DNA from: a virus
Taxonomy: Duplodnaviria; Caudoviricetes
Strand: one strand, 5' to 3'
Virus record (IMG/VR): IMGVR_UViG_3300032291_002198
Span: 1-61,835 of that record
DNA: 61,835 bases
The translations under genes and the position numbers were made by a program. This document shows, piece after piece, positions 47,930 through 55,476 of this stretch; position 1 is the first letter of the stretch, and every line of letters starts with the position of its first letter. The notes beneath the pieces are model-generated. The model had not been told where the DNA came from, did not search any database, and saw only the letters and a list, made by a program, of their open reading frames with translations.

Positions 47930-48234
47930 TGACTGAATTTGTGCAATGATTTGCAAAAAAAATAGGCTGCTCACGTCAGAGCATAGTGCGCCTGTATTGT
48001 TTGTACTTCGGTGGTTCTGCGGCGGTGTGTCGCTGGGTTGGTGTGGCGTAGTGGTGCCAGTGTCCTGCGTTCGTTGTGCTCTCCGTTGCTCTGCCCCTGT
48101 TTTGAGACAGGGGCGACGCTAGTGCGTCGGCGATGTCGGGTGTGCTACCGCGGTGTCCTTCGACTAAGCGAAGTTAGTTCATATTTTCCGTAAAGTCAAT
48201 AGCTGAAGCATGGATTTGCAATATTTGCAAAAAC

Positions 48235-48849
48235 TTATTTCAACCAACTGTAGTACTGCTTGGTGCGGCTAGCGCGGTCCTCAAGACCGTGCGTGCCGCC
48301 ATTTATCTTCCGGGTAAGCAATAGGATGGTCTCGTCGCTGACGCCCTTGTCGCAGATGTCCCACAACTTGTTACGGTCAAAGAAGAAGCGAGCGCTGTCG
48401 AATGCGTGCTCAGTAGCAACAGCATCTGGCTTCTCCAACAGCTCTGGTTTCTTCAGCCACTTAGCAAACGCCTCGTAGTTGGACTTGCCAGTCAACTGCA
48501 GTGCACCACGACCACGGTACTTCCATCCATCAAACGTAGCCTCATCACCGTTGCCCATACGCGAAGCATATACCCTAGAGGCAATGCCAACAGCATTACG
48601 TGCGTACTTATCAGCCAATGTCTTCGTAGGGAAGTACTTCTTGAAAATCTTCATAAGACCCTCAGAAGAGTAGTTCAGGTTCTCAGAGAACAATCTGAAG
48701 CCTCCCGTCTCATGAGCCGTCTGCCCGAAGAAGTGTGCTGCGCGCTCCGGCGACATACCATAGTGCTTCGCTGCTGCACGCAACGTGGCAGGACCAAACT
48801 CGCCATCAGCTTTTACACCGATAGCTTCCTGTAAATTCTTTAAGCTCAT
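48235..48849 (-). CDS. Endolysin: peptidoglycan-binding motif + GH19 domain
   Basis: DGEFGPAT; FFGQTAHETGG, ENLNYS, YRGRGALQLTGK.NY and INGG..GL.DR. Confidence 0.92.
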   Translation of the reverse strand: MSLKNLQEAIGVKADGEFGPATLRAAAKHYGMSPERAAHFFGQTAHETGGFRLFSENLNYSSEGLMKIFKKYFPTKTLADKYARNAVGIASRVYASRMGNGDEATFDGWKYRGRGALQLTGKSNYEAFAKWLKKPELLEKPDAVATEHAFDSARFFFDRNKLWDICDKGVSDETILLLTRKINGGTHGLEDRASRTKQYYSWLK

Positions 48850-48986
48850 CGTCCTTGTGCGTTATATGGCTTGGAGTAGTTCTTAGATGACTTGTTATTG
48901 GAAGCCTTCTTGGAGTGCTTCCCGCGTTTCCTACTCTTGCTTATGAATTTCGCAACAGTCAATACCTTACTGCCCTTACCAGCCAT
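48846..48986 (-). CDS. Small basic protein (46 aa, not in ORF track)
   Basis: MAGKGSK...KNYSKPYNAQGR; ATGA overlap with the endolysin. Confidence 0.65.
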   Translation of the reverse strand: MAGKGSKVLTVAKFISKSRKRGKHSKKASNNKSSKNYSKPYNAQGR

Positions 48987-49018
48987 CGTTCACGTATTTT
49001 GTTAAAGTGTAAATCTAC

Positions 49019-49026
49019 TAACTTTG
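49019..49026 (+). promoter_or_regulatory. Bacteroidota -7 promoter (TAACTTTG)
   Basis: TAnnTTTG before ATG 49043. Confidence 0.65.
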
Positions 49027-49042
49027 TCTCACTTACTAGGTT

Positions 49043-50098
49043 ATGAGAAACAGCAAACCACCCAAGCGCCCAGCGGGAATGACCCCAGAAATGGAGAAGA
49101 AGCTTCGTGCTGAGTTCGCCAAATTCGGGAAGAACCAGGCCATTAAGTCGGTCAATCCGATGGTGGGCGCCATGGCCGGTCGCGCCGGCCTGGCAGCCAT
49201 AGGACGCGCTATGGCTACATCTGGACCGCAGCGCGAATTCGAGAAGCAGGTGCCTCAGGAAATTCGCAAGTTCATGGAGTTCGCAGGAGGCCTACGTGAC
49301 AACCTAGGACTGCGTGGCCAAGTACGCCCAGTCAACAGCAAAGAGATTGCCGACATGGCACGCCGCTATGCCGAGAAAGACAAAAGCGTGCTGCAGGAAG
49401 TTGGTAAGCTCACCCCCCGCCAACAGCAAATGGTACGCGACGAGATTGCTCGCCAGTACCAAAAGGTTACGCCAATGGATAAAGCAAAGTCCCTGGTGCG
49501 TAAAATAGACCGTAAATTAGACCCAGCCAATACCGGACGCACTGGCGCTATCGGCATAGGTGTAGAAGAACAAACCCCAACAACTCAACTCGACGAAGTA
49601 ACAGTTATGAAATCCAAGAAGTACGCTACGGGAGGCGCCCTTAAGCCCGTCCCCTCAGAGAAGAAAGGCCTCGCGAAGTTGCCTACCGAGGTTCGCAACA
49701 AGATGGGCTACATGATGGGCGGCGGTAAGCTGGGCATGATGTACCAAAACGGAGGCAAGACGGCCGACCAGAAGTTCAACGCAAACGCAAAGGCCCGTGA
49801 GATGGAGAACCTGACCGAGATGCGCAACGCATTGAAGAAGTCTGACCCGGACGCACTGGCAGCATTTGACCGCAGCCTCAAGGCTAAGGGCATGATGGTT
49901 GCCAAGAAGCCCGTCAAGAAGATGGCCCAAGGCGGTATGCTCAAGAAGGCTGGAGCCCCGAACCCCCTGAATCCCACCAAGGACAACAACAGCTTCATCT
50001 CTAACGCTGTTGACATGAGCCCCTCAACGAAGAAACAAATGCAAGCCCTTCGTCAAGCCATGATGTACTTCACCGGCGTAAGCCCCAAGAATAAGTAA
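49043..50098 (+). CDS. Basic Met/Lys-rich protein with repeated [YM]xxGG motifs (putative internal head protein)
   Basis: KKYATGG, YMMGG, MYQNGG and KKMAQGG. Confidence 0.65.
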   Translation: MRNSKPPKRPAGMTPEMEKKLRAEFAKFGKNQAIKSVNPMVGAMAGRAGLAAIGRAMATSGPQREFEKQVPQEIRKFMEFAGGLRDNLGLRGQVRPVNSKEIADMARRYAEKDKSVLQEVGKLTPRQQQMVRDEIARQYQKVTPMDKAKSLVRKIDRKLDPANTGRTGAIGIGVEEQTPTTQLDEVTVMKSKKYATGGALKPVPSEKKGLAKLPTEVRNKMGYMMGGGKLGMMYQNGGKTADQKFNANAKAREMENLTEMRNALKKSDPDALAAFDRSLKAKGMMVAKKPVKKMAQGGMLKKAGAPNPLNPTKDNNSFISNAVDMSPSTKKQMQALRQAMMYFTGVSPKNK

Positions 50099-50100
50099 CA

Positions 50101-50283
50101 ATGGCAAAGCAGTGGATTCAAAAGGCCCTCGCTGACCATAAGCCCGGAGCGCTTCACAAAGCGCTCGGGGTTAAGAAAGGCGAGAAGATTCCAGTCGCTA
50201 AGCTGAAGGCTGCAGCAGCATCCAAAGGCAAGGTGGCAAAAATGGCTAACTTAGCAATGACTCTTAGAAAACTCAACAAATGA
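50101..50283 (+). CDS. Small basic phage protein
   Basis: KQWIQKA, KPGALHKALGV and LA.TL pattern. Confidence 0.7.
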   Translation: MAKQWIQKALADHKPGALHKALGVKKGEKIPVAKLKAAAASKGKVAKMANLAMTLRKLNK

Positions 50284-50750
50284 AAAAGTACCGCACTAAA
50301 GCATACGCAAATGGTGGCGTAGGCCCAAAAGGAAAAGCCGCAACGAAGCCTATTGCAAAAACCCGTAAGCAGGAAATCGAAGAAGCTGCTATGGTTAGCA
50401 AGCGTGAGTCTGAAGACCGCGCAACCGCAGAGCGAATTCGTACAGATGTTCGTTCAGAGGTTGGTCCTGGCCAAGGTCGTGCTTCACGAAACACCGGAAA
50501 CGTAACCCTTGGAATGGCTAAGTCTCAAGAGATTACAAAAGGAGGAAGCCGTACGCCTGCCAAATACACGCGCGCAGACCTTGCGGCGCAGTTTGGCGGA
50601 CAGAAGATGCAGCCAATCTACCTCAAAGGCGAAACGCTTGAGTACGCCCCCGGTCGTGAGATAAGCCGTGGCGCAGGCTTCACCATGACACCAGTAAAGC
50701 CTGGCTCTCGAAAGATGAGTTACGGAGGAATGATGAAGAAGAAGAAATAA
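50280..50750 (+). CDS. Basic protein with YxxGG/MxxGG motifs
   Basis: MKKYRTKAYANGG...KMSYGG. Confidence 0.65.
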   Translation: MKKYRTKAYANGGVGPKGKAATKPIAKTRKQEIEEAAMVSKRESEDRATAERIRTDVRSEVGPGQGRASRNTGNVTLGMAKSQEITKGGSRTPAKYTRADLAAQFGGQKMQPIYLKGETLEYAPGREISRGAGFTMTPVKPGSRKMSYGGMMKKKK

Positions 50751-50752
50751 GA

Positions 50753-50773
50753 AAGGGGGCTTTTGGCCCCCTT
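50753..50773. terminator. Hairpin between convergent genes (likely bidirectional terminator)
   Basis: AAGGGGGC-TTTTG-GCCCCCTT. Confidence 0.7.
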
Positions 50774-50774
50774 C

Positions 50775-51092
50775 TTAGTTCTCGTAGACGCTGAACGCCT
50801 GGAAGCCAGGGGCTCGACCGAGAATCATTGTGTACTTGCCGTTGCTTCGTGCGCGGTATACGATTCCACCGCTGACCCAAGTTGATTCGTACTTCATAGA
50901 ACGAAACAGCTTTTTCAGTGACTTGAACTCTTCGTTGTTCTTCGCAGACACAACATAGCAGTCAAAGGCCTCTCCGTCATCTGAGACGGCCTTTTCTGTT
51001 TTGTAGTTGAAGCCGTCAAGGAACTTGGGGGGCTCTTGAGAGAAGAGAGAAAGGCTGGCGACCAGCAGGGTTGAAAGAAGTGTAGTTTTCAT
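50775..51092 (-). CDS. Small exported protein (signal peptide)
   Basis: MKTTLLSTLLVASLSLFSQ, Bacteroidota-style signal peptide with Gln at +1. Confidence 0.7.
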   Translation of the reverse strand: MKTTLLSTLLVASLSLFSQEPPKFLDGFNYKTEKAVSDDGEAFDCYVVSAKNNEEFKSLKKLFRSMKYESTWVSGGIVYRARSNGKYTMILGRAPGFQAFSVYEN

Positions 51093-51209
51093 GGTTGGTA
51101 AATTGAAGTTGACTGCAATACTACGAAATCAAAAAACGTCAGTCAATACCCCAGGGTGAAAAATGTCTAAATTTGCTCTTATGTCTTACCCCTTTCTAAA
51201 GAAAGAAAA

Positions 51210-51401
51210 ATGAAGAAGTACCGAACCAAAGCCTACAATGAGGGCGGATATATGGAGTCAGAGCAGGAAATCGAGGTCATGAACCCCGACCTGATTATGG
51301 CTATGAAGCAGATTCAAGCAGCTGTCAAAGCCACAGGTATGGCTCCGGCACACTACAAAATCAAAGCTTGCTACTACTCCGAGGAAGGTGAAGACAAGTA
51401 A
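51210..51401 (+). CDS. Small protein sharing its N-terminus with 50280
   Basis: MKKYRTKAYNEGG; TAAATTTG promoter at 51168. Confidence 0.6.
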   Translation: MKKYRTKAYNEGGYMESEQEIEVMNPDLIMAMKQIQAAVKATGMAPAHYKIKACYYSEEGEDK

Positions 51402-51606
51402 GTATTACGCCAGTAATGCAAAAGCTCGCGCTAAGAAGGCTGAGTACGATACCGAGTATCACTCAACCAAAGAGCGCAAGAAATACCGTGCGTACCTAAA
51501 TAAGAAGAACCGCGATGCGGGCACCTACGGAAACGGGGACGATAAGGACTACGACCATGACGAGCGCCGCATGATTTCATCATCACGCAACCGAGCAAAA
51601 AAATAA
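51388..51606 (+). CDS. Small basic phage protein
   Basis: YGNGD.KDYDH...NR pattern, resembling a degenerate HNH. Confidence 0.55.
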   Translation: MKTSKYYASNAKARAKKAEYDTEYHSTKERKKYRAYLNKKNRDAGTYGNGDDKDYDHDERRMISSSRNRAKK

Positions 51607-51617
51607 CACCAAACAAA

Positions 51618-51722
51618 ATGACCGGAGTAGAATTTGAGGACTGGCTGGAGCAGCTAGAAGAAGCCAAGCAGCCTACCTGCAACATTGAGAACCCCGAAGA
51701 TTGCGAAGCTTGTGGCAGCTAA
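51618..51722 (+). CDS. 34-aa peptide resembling the ribonucleotide reductase alpha C-terminal Cys tail (not in ORF track)
   Basis: MTGVEFEDWLEQLEEAKQPTCNIENPEDCEACGS; A-rich leader. Confidence 0.65.
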   Translation: MTGVEFEDWLEQLEEAKQPTCNIENPEDCEACGS

Positions 51723-52320
51723 TACCAAACTAGGTGAGATGTATCGTTCGGTCTGTGCATACCCAGGCCGTCCGGGATTCTACACTTCTGACAAAGGAGC
51801 AGACCACGACTACATCGACTCCTACTATGCAGCAGAGTTCGAAGGAAAGCGAGAGAGCGTATCAAACGTGCTCGAGCTTGGCGTGCAGTGGGGAGGAAGC
51901 CTGATGCTCTGGAGCTCATGGTTTCCAAATGCTAAGGTCATTGGACTTGATATCTATGAGGGCGTGCCTCAGCACTACGATGAGATGCGCGGAGACCGCG
52001 AGTTTCCAAATGTGGAGATACGCATACAAGACGGATATGCAGAGCCGGTTATCGCCGAGCATGAAAACGACTTCTATGACTACGTTATTGACGACGGCCC
52101 TCATAGTCTTGCAAGCATGGTGATTGCTATCCACCGTTGGCTTCCTAAGGTTAAGCCTGGAGGAAAATTGGTCATCGAAGATATCCAGGATTTCAAATGG
52201 TTTGAGAAGCTAGAGAAAGAAGTTGAGCTCTCGGGCATATCTGCCGAATGCCGTAGATTTGATTTCCGAAAGAACAAGAATCGTTCTGACGATATGATTT
52301 TTGAAGTCACCAGGAAATGA
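51712..52320 (+). CDS. Class I SAM methyltransferase (Methyltransf_24/sugar O-MTase-like)
   Basis: SDKG..HDY, VLELGVQWGGSL, GLDI, VIDDGPH and KPGG.LVIED. Confidence 0.85.
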   Translation: MAANTKLGEMYRSVCAYPGRPGFYTSDKGADHDYIDSYYAAEFEGKRESVSNVLELGVQWGGSLMLWSSWFPNAKVIGLDIYEGVPQHYDEMRGDREFPNVEIRIQDGYAEPVIAEHENDFYDYVIDDGPHSLASMVIAIHRWLPKVKPGGKLVIEDIQDFKWFEKLEKEVELSGISAECRRFDFRKNKNRSDDMIFEVTRK

Positions 52321-52544
52321 ACCTAAAGAAGCTCAACAAGAACGTGATGGTGAAGGCCCCAGAGGGCTATCACTGGATGAACGACGGAAAGGGTCGCTTC
52401 TACCTCATGAAGCATTCTGGAAAGTTCGTCAAGCATCCTGGAGCCAGCCTTGAGGCCCCGTTCCGACTTGTCTCTCATGACAAGCCTGGAACGGCCAAAG
52501 AGAAGATGGCTATTGGGGCTCTGGTACGGTTGAAGAAACCTTAA
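52317..52544 (+). CDS. Small phage protein
   Basis: VKAPEGYHWM motif. Confidence 0.6.
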   Translation: MNLKKLNKNVMVKAPEGYHWMNDGKGRFYLMKHSGKFVKHPGASLEAPFRLVSHDKPGTAKEKMAIGALVRLKKP

Positions 52545-52977
52545 GGGGCTCTTCCCCGTAAATCTTACGATACATACGGGCTACAAGCAGACGCGCCTTT
52601 TGCGTAAGCGCGTACCGCACCCTGTAGTTGAACTTGTTCTCCTCCCTGAAGAAAGCCGCCGCTACCTCCTTGTTGTTTGGAGTGAGCTTGTCAAAGTGTG
52701 CATATATCAGGCCATCATTGACCATCTTATAGATTTGTTTCTTCCTCAGCTGTGTTTCGCTGCGCATCATGCCTTTGGCTAGGTACTCAATGGTCCAGAA
52801 CTCAAGGTCATAAGCAAACAGAAGAAGCTCAACCTCTGCTGCGCCAAGGCCGTAGTTCTCTTTCATGTCTCGGTATAGAAACGTCAAGTACTTCAGGTCG
52901 TTTCTCTGGATGAACTTAGGGTCAATCTTGGAGAATTCCCTGAACAGCTTCTTTCGGCTGACAGTAGTCTTGGGCAT
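52510..52977 (-). CDS. Winged-helix DNA-binding protein (putative regulator)
   Basis: EVELLLFAYD...YALTQKARLLV MarR-like pattern. Confidence 0.55.
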   Translation of the reverse strand: MPKTTVSRKKLFREFSKIDPKFIQRNDLKYLTFLYRDMKENYGLGAAEVELLLFAYDLEFWTIEYLAKGMMRSETQLRKKQIYKMVNDGLIYAHFDKLTPNNKEVAAAFFREENKFNYRVRYALTQKARLLVARMYRKIYGEEPLKVSSTVPEPQ

Positions 52978-53006
52978 ATCAGTATCTTTGTTTCAAAAGT
53001 ACTATT

Positions 53007-53969
53007 ATGGGAAGTCTTAGCGGAACTAAAATTAAAGACACCTTTGGCCTGTTGCTGAAGATGGCCACCTCTACGGTGTCTGCGTCTGAGCAAGTCGTAC
53101 AAGACGGCGAGGGAAACAATACGGCCCTAAAGCTCTCCACAGACACGGTTGAGTCAACTGGTGACTTCAAGTGCACTGGCACGATGACCACATCTACTAC
53201 TGATGTTCAAGCACTTATGCTTAGTTCAACGGGTGTGTTTGTGAAGCGCAACCTTAGCACCAATCCAATCGGAACCACGTCTGTCACTGCGAACTCTCCA
53301 CTTGGTGCTACCGGAAGCACTATTGGAGTGCTTCCTGCAAGTTCCCTTGTGCAGTTGACCTCACAGCAGACGGCAACCATAGACAAGTTTTTGATTTGGG
53401 ACGAGTCGTCTAGTTCCTACAAGTACATAGATGCCGTCAACTTGGCTGACTATGTAATCAACAGTGGAGCAACTGCAATCCCCGCAATGTTCATTGCTAA
53501 ACCTCAAGCGACTACGGCGCTTAGTACGGCGAGCACATTCATTGCATTTGCAGAAATTGCAAATCAGCCAGCAACCGGAGCTACCGACCCAGCTACTTCC
53601 TGTGTGGCCCTTGGTGGTGTCTTATCAGCTGTTTCGCTTGTTGACTACGGTGGTGGCTCCAGAAACAACATTAGGCTTAGCACTCAGGGGATGTATAGAC
53701 TTGAGTCTACTACTGAGATTATTATTGCCGCAGGAACGCCAAACACTACTGTCCAGATATACCTAAATGACGGAGCAAGTAGTGCGGTGCTTATAGAAGA
53801 GACACAGACTAATGCCACTGTTGGTAAACACGCGGTGACAATAGTGTATTACTTTTACGCTGACTCAGGAGTGCCATACGACGTTGGCGTCAGAGTATCT
53901 TCTACAACAGCCGCAACCCTCGGCCTTCAAACTTCGTTTAGCGTTACTAAATTAGGGGACGTAGTATAA
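53007..53969 (+). CDS. Fibre/spike-like structural protein with C1q/BclA-CTD-like C-terminus
   Basis: Ser/Thr-rich; GMYRLE...SFSVTKLG beta-sandwich pattern; TATCTTTG promoter at 52983. Confidence 0.55.
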   Translation: MGSLSGTKIKDTFGLLLKMATSTVSASEQVVQDGEGNNTALKLSTDTVESTGDFKCTGTMTTSTTDVQALMLSSTGVFVKRNLSTNPIGTTSVTANSPLGATGSTIGVLPASSLVQLTSQQTATIDKFLIWDESSSSYKYIDAVNLADYVINSGATAIPAMFIAKPQATTALSTASTFIAFAEIANQPATGATDPATSCVALGGVLSAVSLVDYGGGSRNNIRLSTQGMYRLESTTEIIIAAGTPNTTVQIYLNDGASSAVLIEETQTNATVGKHAVTIVYYFYADSGVPYDVGVRVSSTTAATLGLQTSFSVTKLGDVV

Positions 53970-53975
53970 CGCCCT

Positions 53976-54284
53976 ATGACCAGAGAAAAGCGAATCGAAA
54001 TGTTCATCCTCGTAAGAGAGAAGATGGATGAGATTGCCGACATTATCAAAGACAATAATGCTGGACCAGAGTTCATGGCGACATACTGCTTCGGTCTAGC
54101 CTGCGACGACGATAACGAAGACAGTCCAGAGAGCTACGAATTCCTAGCTGGATACAGCGTGGACGGTGGTGAGGAGTTGAATATCATGTTCAATGTTGTG
54201 GCCCATAGCTTTGCGGCAGAGCAGGACGAAGATGACGACGACGACGAACCAACCAACTCAATTGAATACTGGTTGAAGAAATAA
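53976..54284 (+). CDS. Acidic hypothetical protein
   Basis: Asp/Glu-rich, 102 aa. Confidence 0.6.
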   Translation: MTREKRIEMFILVREKMDEIADIIKDNNAGPEFMATYCFGLACDDDNEDSPESYEFLAGYSVDGGEELNIMFNVVAHSFAAEQDEDDDDDEPTNSIEYWLKK

Positions 54285-54294
54285 TGAAATTCAA

Positions 54295-54531
54295 ATGGAA
54301 CTTATCAGAAAAATCATCGTGGGGCAAAACCCCAAAGACGCCATGGCGTACTTCGTCGGTCAACGGACTGGCGATGCCGTAGTCGATTCAATCATTCAGG
54401 ACGAACGAGCCCTATCAGTGTATGGGATTCGTCGATATCTTGTCTACATTTACAATTCCGAAAAGGGCACCATGCTCTGGAAAACCATAGACGATATGCC
54501 CTGTTTAATTGAACACGATTGCGACTTCTAA
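54295..54531 (+). CDS. Conserved phage protein upstream of the GroES-like gene
   Basis: LIRKI.VG..PKDAM.Y.VGQ...WK....MP..IE. Confidence 0.65.
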   Translation: MELIRKIIVGQNPKDAMAYFVGQRTGDAVVDSIIQDERALSVYGIRRYLVYIYNSEKGTMLWKTIDDMPCLIEHDCDF

Positions 54532-55169
54532 TGAAACCAATTAGATACTTCATAGTACGAGTACCAAAGCCCGTAAAAGACACTATCGAGATTGCGGGCA
54601 AAGAGATGTACTTGGATACCAAGTTCAATGAGTTTGCTCACCGCGCAGTAGAGGGCGAAGTCATTGGAGTGCCTCAGCGATACAAGACCGATGTATCTGT
54701 TGGAGATACATTGTACTTTCATCACCACGTTTTGCTTGGGGGAAATCACCTCGTGTATGGTAACCAACAGTTTGATGAGGCAAAGCATCGCCGAGGGCAG
54801 TTTGTATTTGAAGACGATACCCTGTACTATGTGTGGTGGGATGGCGGTAATGACCCGCACAGCTGCCAAGCGTACGCATACAAGAGCAAAGAGACCGGAG
54901 AAGTTCGTCTTCTCGGGCCATGGATATTCCTTAGTCCAGCAGAGCAGGACGATGAGCTAAAGAGTGAGACACTTGAACTAGTTCAATCAAAGAAATCATA
55001 CAACCAGTACGGATACATTCGTTATCCATCAAATATGTTGGAGGAGCTCGGCCTCAAGCCGGGCGACAAGGTATTCATTCAAAAGAATGCTGACTACGAA
55101 ATGGAAGTAGACGGAGAGCGTCTGTATCGGGTAATGCTATCTCACATCTATGCCCAGGTCCAAGAATAG
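54531..55169 (+). CDS. Tandem GroES-like co-chaperonin
   Basis: GEVIGVP...VSVGDTLYF and LKPGDKVFI...YEMEVDGERLY. Confidence 0.7.
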   Translation: MKPIRYFIVRVPKPVKDTIEIAGKEMYLDTKFNEFAHRAVEGEVIGVPQRYKTDVSVGDTLYFHHHVLLGGNHLVYGNQQFDEAKHRRGQFVFEDDTLYYVWWDGGNDPHSCQAYAYKSKETGEVRLLGPWIFLSPAEQDDELKSETLELVQSKKSYNQYGYIRYPSNMLEELGLKPGDKVFIQKNADYEMEVDGERLYRVMLSHIYAQVQE

Positions 55170-55446
55170 CTTCGACAATGTAGGAACGGCAAACCGTCTC
55201 ATGTCCGCAATGGAGATTGCCATTGAGAACATGATTCAGGAGATACAGAAGCCCGTGGACCAAGAACTGTCTGGCTCTCAGAGAAAGGCAGAGCTACAGG
55301 CTATCAAGCAAACTGCAATTGACGCTAAAGAACTGATTGTTGAACGCGAGAAGCTCCAGCTTCTCATAAGGCAGCTGCACGACAGTGGAGAAATCAAAGA
55401 AGAGCGAGACTACTCAGGAGGATTCGCAGAACAATTCTCAAAATAG
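55150..55446 (+). CDS. Putative terminase small subunit
   Basis: Small helical protein directly upstream of TerL, ending GGFAEQFSK. Confidence 0.45.
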   Translation: MPRSKNSFDNVGTANRLMSAMEIAIENMIQEIQKPVDQELSGSQRKAELQAIKQTAIDAKELIVEREKLQLLIRQLHDSGEIKEERDYSGGFAEQFSK

Positions 55447-55476
55447 CGACTGGGTATTTATCTACTGGGATAGCTG

